Assembly: GCA_965249085.1 (NCBI GenBank)
Contig: OZ252218.1
Span: 501,859-565,858 of the forward strand
Length of the DNA: 64,000 nt
Direction: 5' to 3'
DNA from: Phototrophicaceae bacterium
GTDB taxonomy: Bacteria; Chloroflexota; Anaerolineae; Aggregatilineales; Phototrophicaceae
Part shown: positions 56,268-64,000 of the stretch, piece after piece
Numbering within the stretch: the stretch's first letter is position 1
Layout: each line of letters starts with the position of its first letter
Translations under genes and position numbers: made by a program
Notes under the pieces: generated by a model
Told to the model about the DNA's origin: nothing
Seen by the model: the letters and a program-made list of their open reading frames with translations, nothing else
The model's database searches: none

Positions 56268-56828
56268 TCAAGCCAGCGGCAATTCATCCAAATAATCGAG
56301 CATGACCGACAGCAAGTATGGCGTCAGCGCCAGCGTCGCCGTGGCAACCTCGGGTTCGGTCCGCGCCAGGTTTTCCGCGTCTTCCAGCAACAGTATCAGC
56401 GCATCCGTCACCAGAGACATCCAGCCGATCGTCTCGATCATGACATCGCTCAGCAATTCGGGATCACGGCGCGCATTCAGCACCAGCCAAGACGCCGCTT
56501 CCATCATAGGCATCATCGCCATCATGGCGGCGGACAAGCACAGCATCATTACCCGTTGGGTTTCCGGTGGCAAGTCCGCGTATTGTGATTCGGCTCGCAT
56601 CCGTTCCACCACCCGCGCCATGATGGTCACTGCCAGGCGCGCGGGCGCGCGTTGATGCGGGGCACGCTTGAGCAAGTCGTCGACATGCTGCAAGCGCTCG
56701 AATTCATGCGCTGCCGATTGGTCACTTCCCAGGATGTCGACCAGCTTTCGCGCCATTCCTTCCGAGAGTTGCCCGTCCAGCGCCTCTTGCATCATCTCCT
56801 GCTGCTCCTGGCTCTGCTCATCAGACAT
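56268..56828 (-). CDS. Putative anti-sigma factor (membrane protein co-transcribed with the ECF sigma)
   Basis: ATG 56828 overlaps the sigma-factor stop by 8 nt. It has an N-terminal helical region ALDGQLSEGMARKLVDIL....HEFERLQHVDDLL and Met-rich TM segments. The call rests mainly on position. Confidence 0.55.
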   Translation of the reverse strand: MSDEQSQEQQEMMQEALDGQLSEGMARKLVDILGSDQSAAHEFERLQHVDDLLKRAPHQRAPARLAVTIMARVVERMRAESQYADLPPETQRVMMLCLSAAMMAMMPMMEAASWLVLNARRDPELLSDVMIETIGWMSLVTDALILLLEDAENLARTEPEVATATLALTPYLLSVMLDYLDELPLA

Positions 56829-57447
56829 CGCCACTTCCTTTCGGTAACGGGTCAGCAAGCCTATTCTCTTTTTCGCTGGAACCCTTATCGCCGCCGTCAA
56901 GCAACTCGGCCAGTTTCTTGCGGGCACGATGCAGTCGGCTTTTGATCGCGCTTTCCGTTGTATCCATTTCTTGCGCAATCTCCGCGTACGAATATTGATA
57001 CCAATATCGGTAGATCACCGCAAGACGATAATGTTCGTCAAGTTGCAAAAGCAATTTCTGAATAGCATCTGTCAGCTCATCTGCCAAGATCGCCTGTTCC
57101 GGCGTTGGGCTGCTGCTGCGCAGCGCCAGCGCTGCCGCCGTCGGCTCGTCGTCGAGCGAGACAAAATGCATGCGGCGCTTGCGCAGACGGTCGATACAGT
57201 GATTGGACGCGATCGAAAGCAGCCAAGTCTTGAACGAACGGGCCATGTCGTAGCGGCGCAGGTTCTTGTGTATCCGAAGAAATGTCTCCTGCACAGCGTC
57301 TTCGGCCTCGGTGCTTTCGCCCAGCATGCGATAGCATAGGTTGTACACCGGATCTTGAAACAGATAGACCAACTCGGCAAACGCGTCATGATCCCCGAGT
57401 TTGGCCTTTTCAATCCAGTCAAGAATTACGGGGTCTTGTTCCGCCAC
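56821..57447 (-). CDS. ECF-subfamily RNA polymerase sigma factor (sigma-24)
   Basis: Region 2 FAELVYLFQDPVYNLCYRMLG...AEDAVQETFLRI and region 4 YRLAVIYRYWYQYSYAEIAQEMDTTESAIKSRLHRARKKL. Confidence 0.9.
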   Translation of the reverse strand: MAEQDPVILDWIEKAKLGDHDAFAELVYLFQDPVYNLCYRMLGESTEAEDAVQETFLRIHKNLRRYDMARSFKTWLLSIASNHCIDRLRKRRMHFVSLDDEPTAAALALRSSSPTPEQAILADELTDAIQKLLLQLDEHYRLAVIYRYWYQYSYAEIAQEMDTTESAIKSRLHRARKKLAELLDGGDKGSSEKENRLADPLPKGSGDV

Positions 57448-57590
57448 CTGACATCCCTATTGTTGCCGCGATCATGAAAAGCGCCTCTCATCGCTGTCGG
57501 CGTCGGCACGAGAACGGCCGGCCCACTGAATTCATTATCGAGCACAAAAGAGCGACGCAAAAGAAAGAAACACGTTAACATCGGGAGGTT

Positions 57591-57968
57591 TCAGGCGTTG
57601 ATCAGCAACACTGCTGTAGCGATGTTGGTCGCGAGCGGCACGTTATGCACGTTGCAAATCCGCAGCAGGCCCTGAATATCTGGATCGTGAGGATGCTTCC
57701 CCAGAGGGTCCAGAAAGAAAAACACCGCGTTGACACGACCCTCTGCGATCATCGCCGCTATTTGCGCATCGCCGCCGTATGGTCCCGACAGCATACACTT
57801 TACAGGTAGTCCCGCTTTCTCCGTGATCAGTTTTCCGGTCGTGTTTGTCGCAACAAGGTCAAACTCAGACAGACGCTCTTTGTGATCCATGACAAAAGCG
57901 ACCATGTCGGCCTTCTTGCCATCATGCGAGATGAGAGCCAGCGTCCGTTTTGCCAGTCGTTTGGGCAT
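57591..57968 (-). CDS. mgsA: Methylglyoxal synthase
   Basis: LALISHDGKKADMVAF..., LVATNTTG, SGPYGGDAQIAAMI and DPLGKHPHDPDI. Confidence 0.9.
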   Translation of the reverse strand: MPKRLAKRTLALISHDGKKADMVAFVMDHKERLSEFDLVATNTTGKLITEKAGLPVKCMLSGPYGGDAQIAAMIAEGRVNAVFFFLDPLGKHPHDPDIQGLLRICNVHNVPLATNIATAVLLINA

Positions 57969-58010
57969 CGTGGCGTCAATCCATTCGATCTGGACAAGCG
58001 TCGTGAATGA

Positions 58011-59339
58011 CTAGGTGAGACTGCGCGGTCGGCGCAGAATCTGCGCTGGAATCGACAAAGGCAAATGATAGCGCGTCGAGCCAAATAAGCTATTGAAGCG
58101 CTGATTCATGGTGTAGGCCTCTTCGTAGTAGCCCTCAAGCTGCGCCATCAGCGCCGACCAGGGACGCTGCTCTGCCATAGCGCGCGCATGTCGACTCATT
58201 GTCAGTCTTGATTCGCGATGATCGCGCAGGTGCCGGACTGTGTCCGCGAAAGCCGCAGCCCTCGGTTCGACGACAAATCCGCCCTGGCCGTCTGTGATCA
58301 CTTCGGGAGCGCCGCCGGCATTAACGACGACAGCGGGCAAACCGGAGGCCATCGCTTCCTGTATGACCTGGCCGAATGTCTCATACTCTCCCGGAAAGGC
58401 GAAGACATCGGCGCTGGCATAAGCTTGTGCCAATTCGTCACCGATCAGATAGCCAGTAAAGAACGCATCCGTGTTGGCAAATGACCTTACGAGTGTTTCG
58501 CGCAAGGCGCCGTCTCCGATGATCGTCAGCGCGACGCCTGGCGTCTGCGCGACTTCCAGCAGCAGGTCAATCCGCTTTTCGACGGCCAGACGACCGACGA
58601 AAATACAGAGTAGCGAATCCGGGTCGCGGCCGTTCAGCAGCCGTCGCCGCATCGCCGGTCGCGCATGACGCGGGTTGAAGCGCTCGGTATTCACACCGCG
58701 CCCCCAATGACGGACCCGGCGATAGCCGACCGAGCGCAACTGGCTGATGATTGTACGTGTGGGCGCCAAAGTCAGGTGGCAGCCGTTATGAATATAACGC
58801 AGCCAGCGATTGACCGGTCCCGACAAAAGCGGAAAGCCATATTGCTCGGTATAGCCCGGCAGATCGGTCTGGTAATTGGCGATAACGGGCAGCTTCAGAT
58901 GTCGTCCGACCGCCATGCCATTAACCGCCATCGCCGCCGGACTGAATAGATGGATTAGATCCGGCTGAAAATCTTCAATGTGTCGCGCCACGACCGGGTT
59001 TGGCAAGGCCAAGCGCGTCTCCGGCGCTTGCGGAAGACTAATGGACGGCAGCGGGATCACCTGCGAGTCGCCCACCTGATCGACAGCAATATCGGGCGCG
59101 AAGACCAGCACTTCCCGGCCCGTCTCCTGCAAGTAACGAATCGTAAGGTAAGTGGTCTTGACGACACCATCGACCTTCGGCAAAAACGATTCGGTCAAAA
59201 CAGCCACCCGCTTCACAGCCGCGAAAGGCGTAACCGTGTAGATGCCGTCGATCAGCCTGGGATTGCCAAAGAACTCATCCAAGCCTTTGTCTTGGTGCGC
59301 CAGAAGATTCTCGAGTAGCCGCTGCGCCTCCATGTCCAC
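58011..59339 (-). CDS. GT4-family (GT-B fold) glycosyltransferase, SqdX-like
   Basis: RVAVLTESFLPKVDGVVKTT is the N-terminal motif. The C-terminal E-x7-E region is FPGEYETFGQVIQEAMASGLPAV. Confidence 0.8.
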   Translation of the reverse strand: MDMEAQRLLENLLAHQDKGLDEFFGNPRLIDGIYTVTPFAAVKRVAVLTESFLPKVDGVVKTTYLTIRYLQETGREVLVFAPDIAVDQVGDSQVIPLPSISLPQAPETRLALPNPVVARHIEDFQPDLIHLFSPAAMAVNGMAVGRHLKLPVIANYQTDLPGYTEQYGFPLLSGPVNRWLRYIHNGCHLTLAPTRTIISQLRSVGYRRVRHWGRGVNTERFNPRHARPAMRRRLLNGRDPDSLLCIFVGRLAVEKRIDLLLEVAQTPGVALTIIGDGALRETLVRSFANTDAFFTGYLIGDELAQAYASADVFAFPGEYETFGQVIQEAMASGLPAVVVNAGGAPEVITDGQGGFVVEPRAAAFADTVRHLRDHRESRLTMSRHARAMAEQRPWSALMAQLEGYYEEAYTMNQRFNSLFGSTRYHLPLSIPAQILRRPRSLT

Positions 59340-59509
59340 CCTTCCGCGCGAAACCAGTCTCAGTTGCAGTGTAGCACAAGTAACGCCAAATCATGCGCCG
59401 GTCGCGTCATGATCAGTAACGCGGTAGAGGCCATCGAGATTGGCTCGACATCGACGAGCTGCCGAAAGTGGAGAGCTCCATTTGCACCGCCTTCAACCCA
59501 GTGAATGAC

Positions 59510-61972
59510 CTATTGTTCGTCGAGGCCGTACAGCTCACGATAGATATTGTAATTGCGATAAATGAACTGCACGTAATGGCGCGTTGAGTCAATAGTTATG
59601 GTCGTCATGAAGAGATCGGGATCGCCGCCGGAAAGCGCGTTCCAATCGTATGCCCGTCCCGGCCCGGCGTTATAGGCCGCCAGCGCCGCAATCGCATTTT
59701 GATCGAAAAGCTCCAACTGTTCATTTATGTAATAGGCGCCAAAGGCGACGCCGGCGAAAGGACGAAAGAGATCGCTGTGCTGGTAATCCTGCCAATCCAA
59801 CTGCTCGGCAATATACTGCGCTGTGCTCGGGATCACTTGCATCAAGCCCTTTTCGCCGGCGCCCGCGGTCGAGAAGGTGTTAAACAGGCTCTCTTGCCGG
59901 ATCAGCGAGAGCATCAGCAAGGGATCGATTTCCCGTTCACGCGCCGCCGGACGGATCACATCGATATAGTAGGCGGGGAAGCGCATGCGCGCGATAAAGG
60001 GCGGCACCGCCAAGGTACCCTGATTTGACGCGATGATCACATCAGCCGCGGCGATGATGCTTTCGCGGTACACGCCGAGCCCGCGCAAATAGACTGCCAA
60101 GCGGTAGCTGCCCAGCACGTCGCCTTGATCGCGAGCATCGTCCACCAATTCCTCGAATTCGATTGCGGCTTCGTCAAAGGCGCTAACCGTGAAAAGTTCA
60201 CGCCCGCGGATCATGCGCGGATCGTTATTATGCGCGTCCAACAGCCGCCATAAATCGCCAGTTTCGTCTATCGCGAAGGTTTGCCGCAACCAGCCCTCCG
60301 CCACCTGCAATTCAGCCGCCTCGTCAAAGTCGAACTGATAGGATGCCGGCGGCAGGAATGGCTGCCTACCGATACGGAAGTCGCCGGCGCGCGCCGCGAA
60401 ATAGCTGTCGGCCGCCGCTGCAATCACCAATGCGAAGGCTTGATTCGCCGACCCTGTATCGTCCCGCTTCAGCGCCAGTCTGCCCAGCCAAAGGTAAGCA
60501 GCTGCCTGATCGCCGCCGACGGTCAATGAGGCGATCCGCGCGTAAAGATTCTCCGCAATCGGCCATGCTTCGGCGCGCACTGCGGCCGAAGCCGCGATGA
60601 ACAAGCCGTTGGTGGTCAATTCGTGATCCGGATAAGCGTCCGCCAGCCGCATGAAGGTCAGCCGAGAAAGGGTAGTCTCGCCGTTTGTGCCGTAGAGATA
60701 ACCTGCCCGCCAGAGCGCTTCGCCAGCCGCTTCGCCCAACTGTGAGTAGTTATCCGCTATCGAGAGATAAGTCTGAATCGCGGCGGGACTGTCACCGGCA
60801 AGGAACCGAGTCCGACCCCGCTCCAACAAAGCGGCGCCGAATAGTGCATCCCGCGGGTAGGCATCGATCACGGTCTGAAAGGCGACCGTTGCCGCGTTCG
60901 AGTTGCCAATTTGTCGATAAGCGCGACCAAGTGTCAAATACAGCTCGGCCGGTATTGCCGACAGCTGCTGACTCGTCGTGTATTGATTGAAGCCGTCGAT
61001 CGCCGCCTGATAATCACCGGCGATGAACGCCGCCTTTCCCAATTGGAATCCATCGTACTCGACGCCTCTTCCGCTTAATTCTTGCAGCGCTTGCCACGCG
61101 GTTGCCGTGCCGGGATAGTTTTCGAAGACGGCTTTCAAGCGTTCGACGCCCGCTTCAATCTCACCGCCGTTCAGCGCCGTCCGCGCGGCCGTAAAGGAGA
61201 CATTCGCGCGATAGGGCGCGTTTCGCGCCACCGCCAATATCGCATCGTACTGCGCCACCGCGTCCGCGCTTCGGCCCAGATTGATGTAGATCTGCGCGAG
61301 CTTTTCACGCAGGACCAAAAGCGGCACCTTTGAACGCTTGGCATTGATGGCCAATTCGTAGTTTGCCAGAGCCATATCCGTTTGGCCGAGGGCGATTTGC
61401 GCATCGGCGATACGTTCGTAGACGTAACTGTCAATCAAGCCCAGGCGCAGCGTCAGGTAACGCTTAAAGTCGGCGACGGCGGCTTGCCACTTGGAGAGGC
61501 CGAGGTTCGCGTCCCCACGCAAGAAATGTGCCTGCGCGATCTGTGTTTCGCGCGGGAACTCGCTGATGTATAAGCCAAAGGCATCGAAGGCCTGCTGAAA
61601 GTATCCGGCGCGCAGGGCAACTTGCCCAAAGCGAAAAGCCGAAAGCGCCCGCTGCTGCGGCGCAATGGCGTCTCCATAGTTCAACAATGTGCGGTAAATG
61701 CCCGCCGCGTCTTCGAGGTAGCCATTCCGGATGAATTGTTCGCCCAGGTCCAGCAACTGCAGTGCATCGATCACCGGCGTCGGCGGGACGATCGGCGGGA
61801 CTTCTGTTGGCACATCGGTGGGCTCAGCCAGGGCAGTGGCAGGCAGCGGCGTGGCGGTAACATAAATGATGTTGTTTTCGTCCGGCGTTGGAAGCCGCGA
61901 CTCCGCATCACGGACGTTACAGGCGCACGCCAACAGGCAGAATGTCAACAACAGGAAGCGGAACCCAGGCAT
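59510..61972 (-). CDS. TPR-repeat lytic transglycosylase (Slt70-like) lipoprotein
   Basis: Lipobox LLACAC, a long TPR/superhelical region, and the SLT catalytic region LSLIRQESLFNTFSTAGAGEKGLMQVIPSTA ... AYNAGPG. Confidence 0.85.
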   Translation of the reverse strand: MPGFRFLLLTFCLLACACNVRDAESRLPTPDENNIIYVTATPLPATALAEPTDVPTEVPPIVPPTPVIDALQLLDLGEQFIRNGYLEDAAGIYRTLLNYGDAIAPQQRALSAFRFGQVALRAGYFQQAFDAFGLYISEFPRETQIAQAHFLRGDANLGLSKWQAAVADFKRYLTLRLGLIDSYVYERIADAQIALGQTDMALANYELAINAKRSKVPLLVLREKLAQIYINLGRSADAVAQYDAILAVARNAPYRANVSFTAARTALNGGEIEAGVERLKAVFENYPGTATAWQALQELSGRGVEYDGFQLGKAAFIAGDYQAAIDGFNQYTTSQQLSAIPAELYLTLGRAYRQIGNSNAATVAFQTVIDAYPRDALFGAALLERGRTRFLAGDSPAAIQTYLSIADNYSQLGEAAGEALWRAGYLYGTNGETTLSRLTFMRLADAYPDHELTTNGLFIAASAAVRAEAWPIAENLYARIASLTVGGDQAAAYLWLGRLALKRDDTGSANQAFALVIAAAADSYFAARAGDFRIGRQPFLPPASYQFDFDEAAELQVAEGWLRQTFAIDETGDLWRLLDAHNNDPRMIRGRELFTVSAFDEAAIEFEELVDDARDQGDVLGSYRLAVYLRGLGVYRESIIAAADVIIASNQGTLAVPPFIARMRFPAYYIDVIRPAAREREIDPLLMLSLIRQESLFNTFSTAGAGEKGLMQVIPSTAQYIAEQLDWQDYQHSDLFRPFAGVAFGAYYINEQLELFDQNAIAALAAYNAGPGRAYDWNALSGGDPDLFMTTITIDSTRHYVQFIYRNYNIYRELYGLDEQ

Positions 61973-62050
61973 CAGTTTCGTCCGAAGACAAGAGAATCAA
62001 CAGTCATGGTATGGCGCAGCTACTGGCTTGTCAAGCAAACTTAAACTCCG

Positions 62051-62569
62051 TTAATCATCCGGCGGAACGAGATCGCCGGCCAGCCAGGGAATGCCGTAAC
62101 CGACCACCAAGTGACCGGCTTCCGCCAGCGCCTTTCCCAGCGAATCGGTGTCACGATATGTCCACCAGTGATCCGCCGAGGGCAGGATCTTGACGCCAAA
62201 ATCGCTCACGACCAATTGGCTCAAACTCCGCGATATCGATACGGCAGCGCCGCTCGCCTGTCCCCGGCGATCCTTCGTCCGCGTCAGCTGTACGCGAAAG
62301 CGTGATGGCGCGCCGGCGGACCACATCGTGTCGCTGTAGACCAGAACCTGAAAATCGATCAAAGCGCGTGTCCGGTCTTCAAACTCTTTCACAAAGCAAT
62401 ACTTGCCGCCCGCCCATTGCAATGGCGTCTCTTCAAACTGATAACCGGCAGCGCTGAATGCCTGACCAACCACCGTCCGCAGCAATGTGCGAAAGTAATC
62501 TTGCCCTGCTTGACGCTCTTCGACCACTACCAGTGCTTCTCCAGCACGCCGATACCCTGATAACGCCAA
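62051..62569 (-). CDS. Hypothetical protein
   Basis: 172-codon ORF with a TTG start in the track and no recognisable domain. The start is uncertain. Confidence 0.35.
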   Translation of the reverse strand: MALSGYRRAGEALVVVEERQAGQDYFRTLLRTVVGQAFSAAGYQFEETPLQWAGGKYCFVKEFEDRTRALIDFQVLVYSDTMWSAGAPSRFRVQLTRTKDRRGQASGAAVSISRSLSQLVVSDFGVKILPSADHWWTYRDTDSLGKALAEAGHLVVGYGIPWLAGDLVPPDD

Positions 62570-62696
62570 CGAAATTGCTGCAGCTGGGCGATATTCATGG
62601 TGTCTTCCGTGCCGCGATCAAGCTTACCGGTCGGCTTACTACCAACGGAGATGATTCTATCGTGCCGAATCGCCATAGGCAGTGCTACGCAGTCTA

Positions 62697-64000
62697 CTAG
62701 AATTCGGCGAGCAGAGCCGCGGTTTCCGAGGCTGTGGTGACGGGCAGGCGACAAGCAAAGTTGCGACAAACATAGACCGTCACTTGTCCATCCCGCGCCA
62801 CGCGCCCATTTAACAGGGGAATCGAATCATAATGCTCGACATCATCTTTGGACCAGGCGGCGACCAGGTTTGGTCGGTAAGGACGTCGAAGTTCTTCAAG
62901 TATTGATTTCTCTGCGCTGTCCTCCAGATCGCCGATGACAGCCACTTCGGCAACGCCGCGGACGAGCATGTCAACGGCGTTCAGCGACTCGGCAAAGGCT
63001 TGCGGATATTGTCCCATCGCGTTGCTCAGCTTCCGCAAGACATTGCGCCCGGCTTCATCATACCGTGCCTCGCCGGTGTAGGCGGCCAGCCGCAGCAGTT
63101 GCTTCGCCATCATGGCATTGCCCGAAGGGGTGACATTGTCTTGCAGGTTCCGCGGCCGCACAATCAACGCTTCATGATCGTCGCTAGTATCGAAGAAGCC
63201 CCCGTCGTCCGACGGAAAACGGGCTAGCACAGTATCAGCCAGCTGCCGAGCCTGCCTGAACCAGCGTTCGTCGAATGTGGATTGATAGAGTTCAAGAAAT
63301 GCATCGATCAGATAGGCGTAATCTTCCAGATAGGCGTTGAGTTTGCTGCGCCCGCTTTTGTGCGTGCGATAGAGGCGGCCTTCTTCGTCAAACAACTCGC
63401 GCAAGAGAAATTCACCCGACCGAATTGATGCAGCCAGATAATCGTCCCGCTTGAGTACACGCGCGGCTTCAGCCAGGCTGGCTAACATCAATCCATTCCA
63501 CGAGGTCAGGATCTTGTCGTCCAGCTCGGGCGGAACTCGTTGGCTGCGAACGGCGTAAAGCCGATCCCTAATCTGTGCGACCGCCTCGGCCAATTCATCA
63601 TCGCTCAAGCCAAGCGTCTCCCCCACTTCTTCGCTTGCCTGTGGCAGATACAAGATATTTGTACCCTCGAAGTTGCCCCCTGTCGTCATGCCGAAGGTTT
63701 CGATGGCGATCTCCAGGCCACGCGGCAAACGGTCGTTGATCGGCTCCAGCGCTTCCCGCACTTCATCGATCGTCCAGACGAAGAACTTGCCCTCCTCGCC
63801 TTCGCTATCGGCGTCGGTCGCGCTATAGAATCCACCGTTCGCCGCCGTCATCTCGCGCAAAATATAATCGTATATGTCTTCTGCGACACTGCGATAAAAG
63901 TCATCGTCCGTAATTTGCCAGGCGTGGAGATAGAGGCGGCTCAACTGCGCATTGTCGTAAAGCATCTTCTCGAAGTGCGGCACCAGCCAATGCGCGTCAA
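62697..64000 (-). CDS. Thioredoxin-domain/DUF255 protein (YyaL/SPATA20-like, six-hairpin C-terminal domain); the N-terminus lies beyond the window
   Basis: PHFEKMLYDNAQL... and GGFYSATDADSEGEEGKFFVW are characteristic of DUF255 proteins. The frame stays open to the window end. Confidence 0.85.
   Translation of the reverse strand, partial: DAHWLVPHFEKMLYDNAQLSRLYLHAWQITDDDFYRSVAEDIYDYILREMTAANGGFYSATDADSEGEEGKFFVWTIDEVREALEPINDRLPRGLEIAIETFGMTTGGNFEGTNILYLPQASEEVGETLGLSDDELAEAVAQIRDRLYAVRSQRVPPELDDKILTSWNGLMLASLAEAARVLKRDDYLAASIRSGEFLLRELFDEEGRLYRTHKSGRSKLNAYLEDYAYLIDAFLELYQSTFDERWFRQARQLADTVLARFPSDDGGFFDTSDDHEALIVRPRNLQDNVTPSGNAMMAKQLLRLAAYTGEARYDEAGRNVLRKLSNAMGQYPQAFAESLNAVDMLVRGVAEVAVIGDLEDSAEKSILEELRRPYRPNLVAAWSKDDVEHYDSIPLLNGRVARDGQVTVYVCRNFACRLPVTTASETAALLAEF

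Noticed and set aside
62527-62769. Possible frameshift joining MNIAQLQQFRWRYQG... (ATG at 62598) to the hypothetical ORF 62051-62569.
   Set aside because: The ATG frame stops after 23 codons, and I have no homology evidence that the two frames belong together. A TTG start for the downstream ORF is equally possible, so it cannot be decided from sequence alone.
1-64000. Whole-window scan for rRNA, tRNA, CRISPR repeats, IS elements/transposases, integrases, phage structural genes and toxin-antitoxin pairs.
   Set aside because: I recognised none by eye: no regularly spaced repeats, no GGTTCGAATCC-type T-arms, and no DDE or tyrosine-recombinase-like ORFs. A tRNAscan/Infernal/ISfinder run would be needed to be sure.

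Overview
This is a 64-kb stretch of a moderately GC-rich, densely packed bacterial chromosome. Gene content and protein style suggest a Chloroflexota-like organism, but that is inference only. Most of the window is housekeeping: miaB; a glycogen cluster (glgP, two tandem stand-alone CBM48 genes, glgC, glgA); tatA; gatB; ssb; a dut/UDG-family/MBL operon; an Fe(III)-type ABC importer; an OmpR/HK pair; a def-GNAT-S9 peptidase run; rsmG; rplJ-rplL; greA; an ECF sigma/anti-sigma pair; mgsA; a TPR-SLT lytic transglycosylase; and many single enzymes. I recognised no rRNA, tRNA, CRISPR array, transposase, integrase or prophage genes. The standout is a translationally coupled three-gene minus-strand operon at 32479-35151. 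It encodes a eukaryote-like UBC/E2 protein, a JAB/MPN protein and a ThiF/MoeB-type E1. The JAB protein has an HxQ (not HxH) JAMM motif and about 200 aa of unassigned C-terminal sequence. There is no recognisable ubiquitin-like gene, CD-NTase or effector next to the operon, so it does not fit the described CBASS type II or Bil layouts. Several gene starts were moved inward from the ORF track on the basis of RBS, overlap and homology logic, because the track uses GTG/TTG starts and the longest ORFs. All calls come from reading the translations and DNA by eye; no searches were run.
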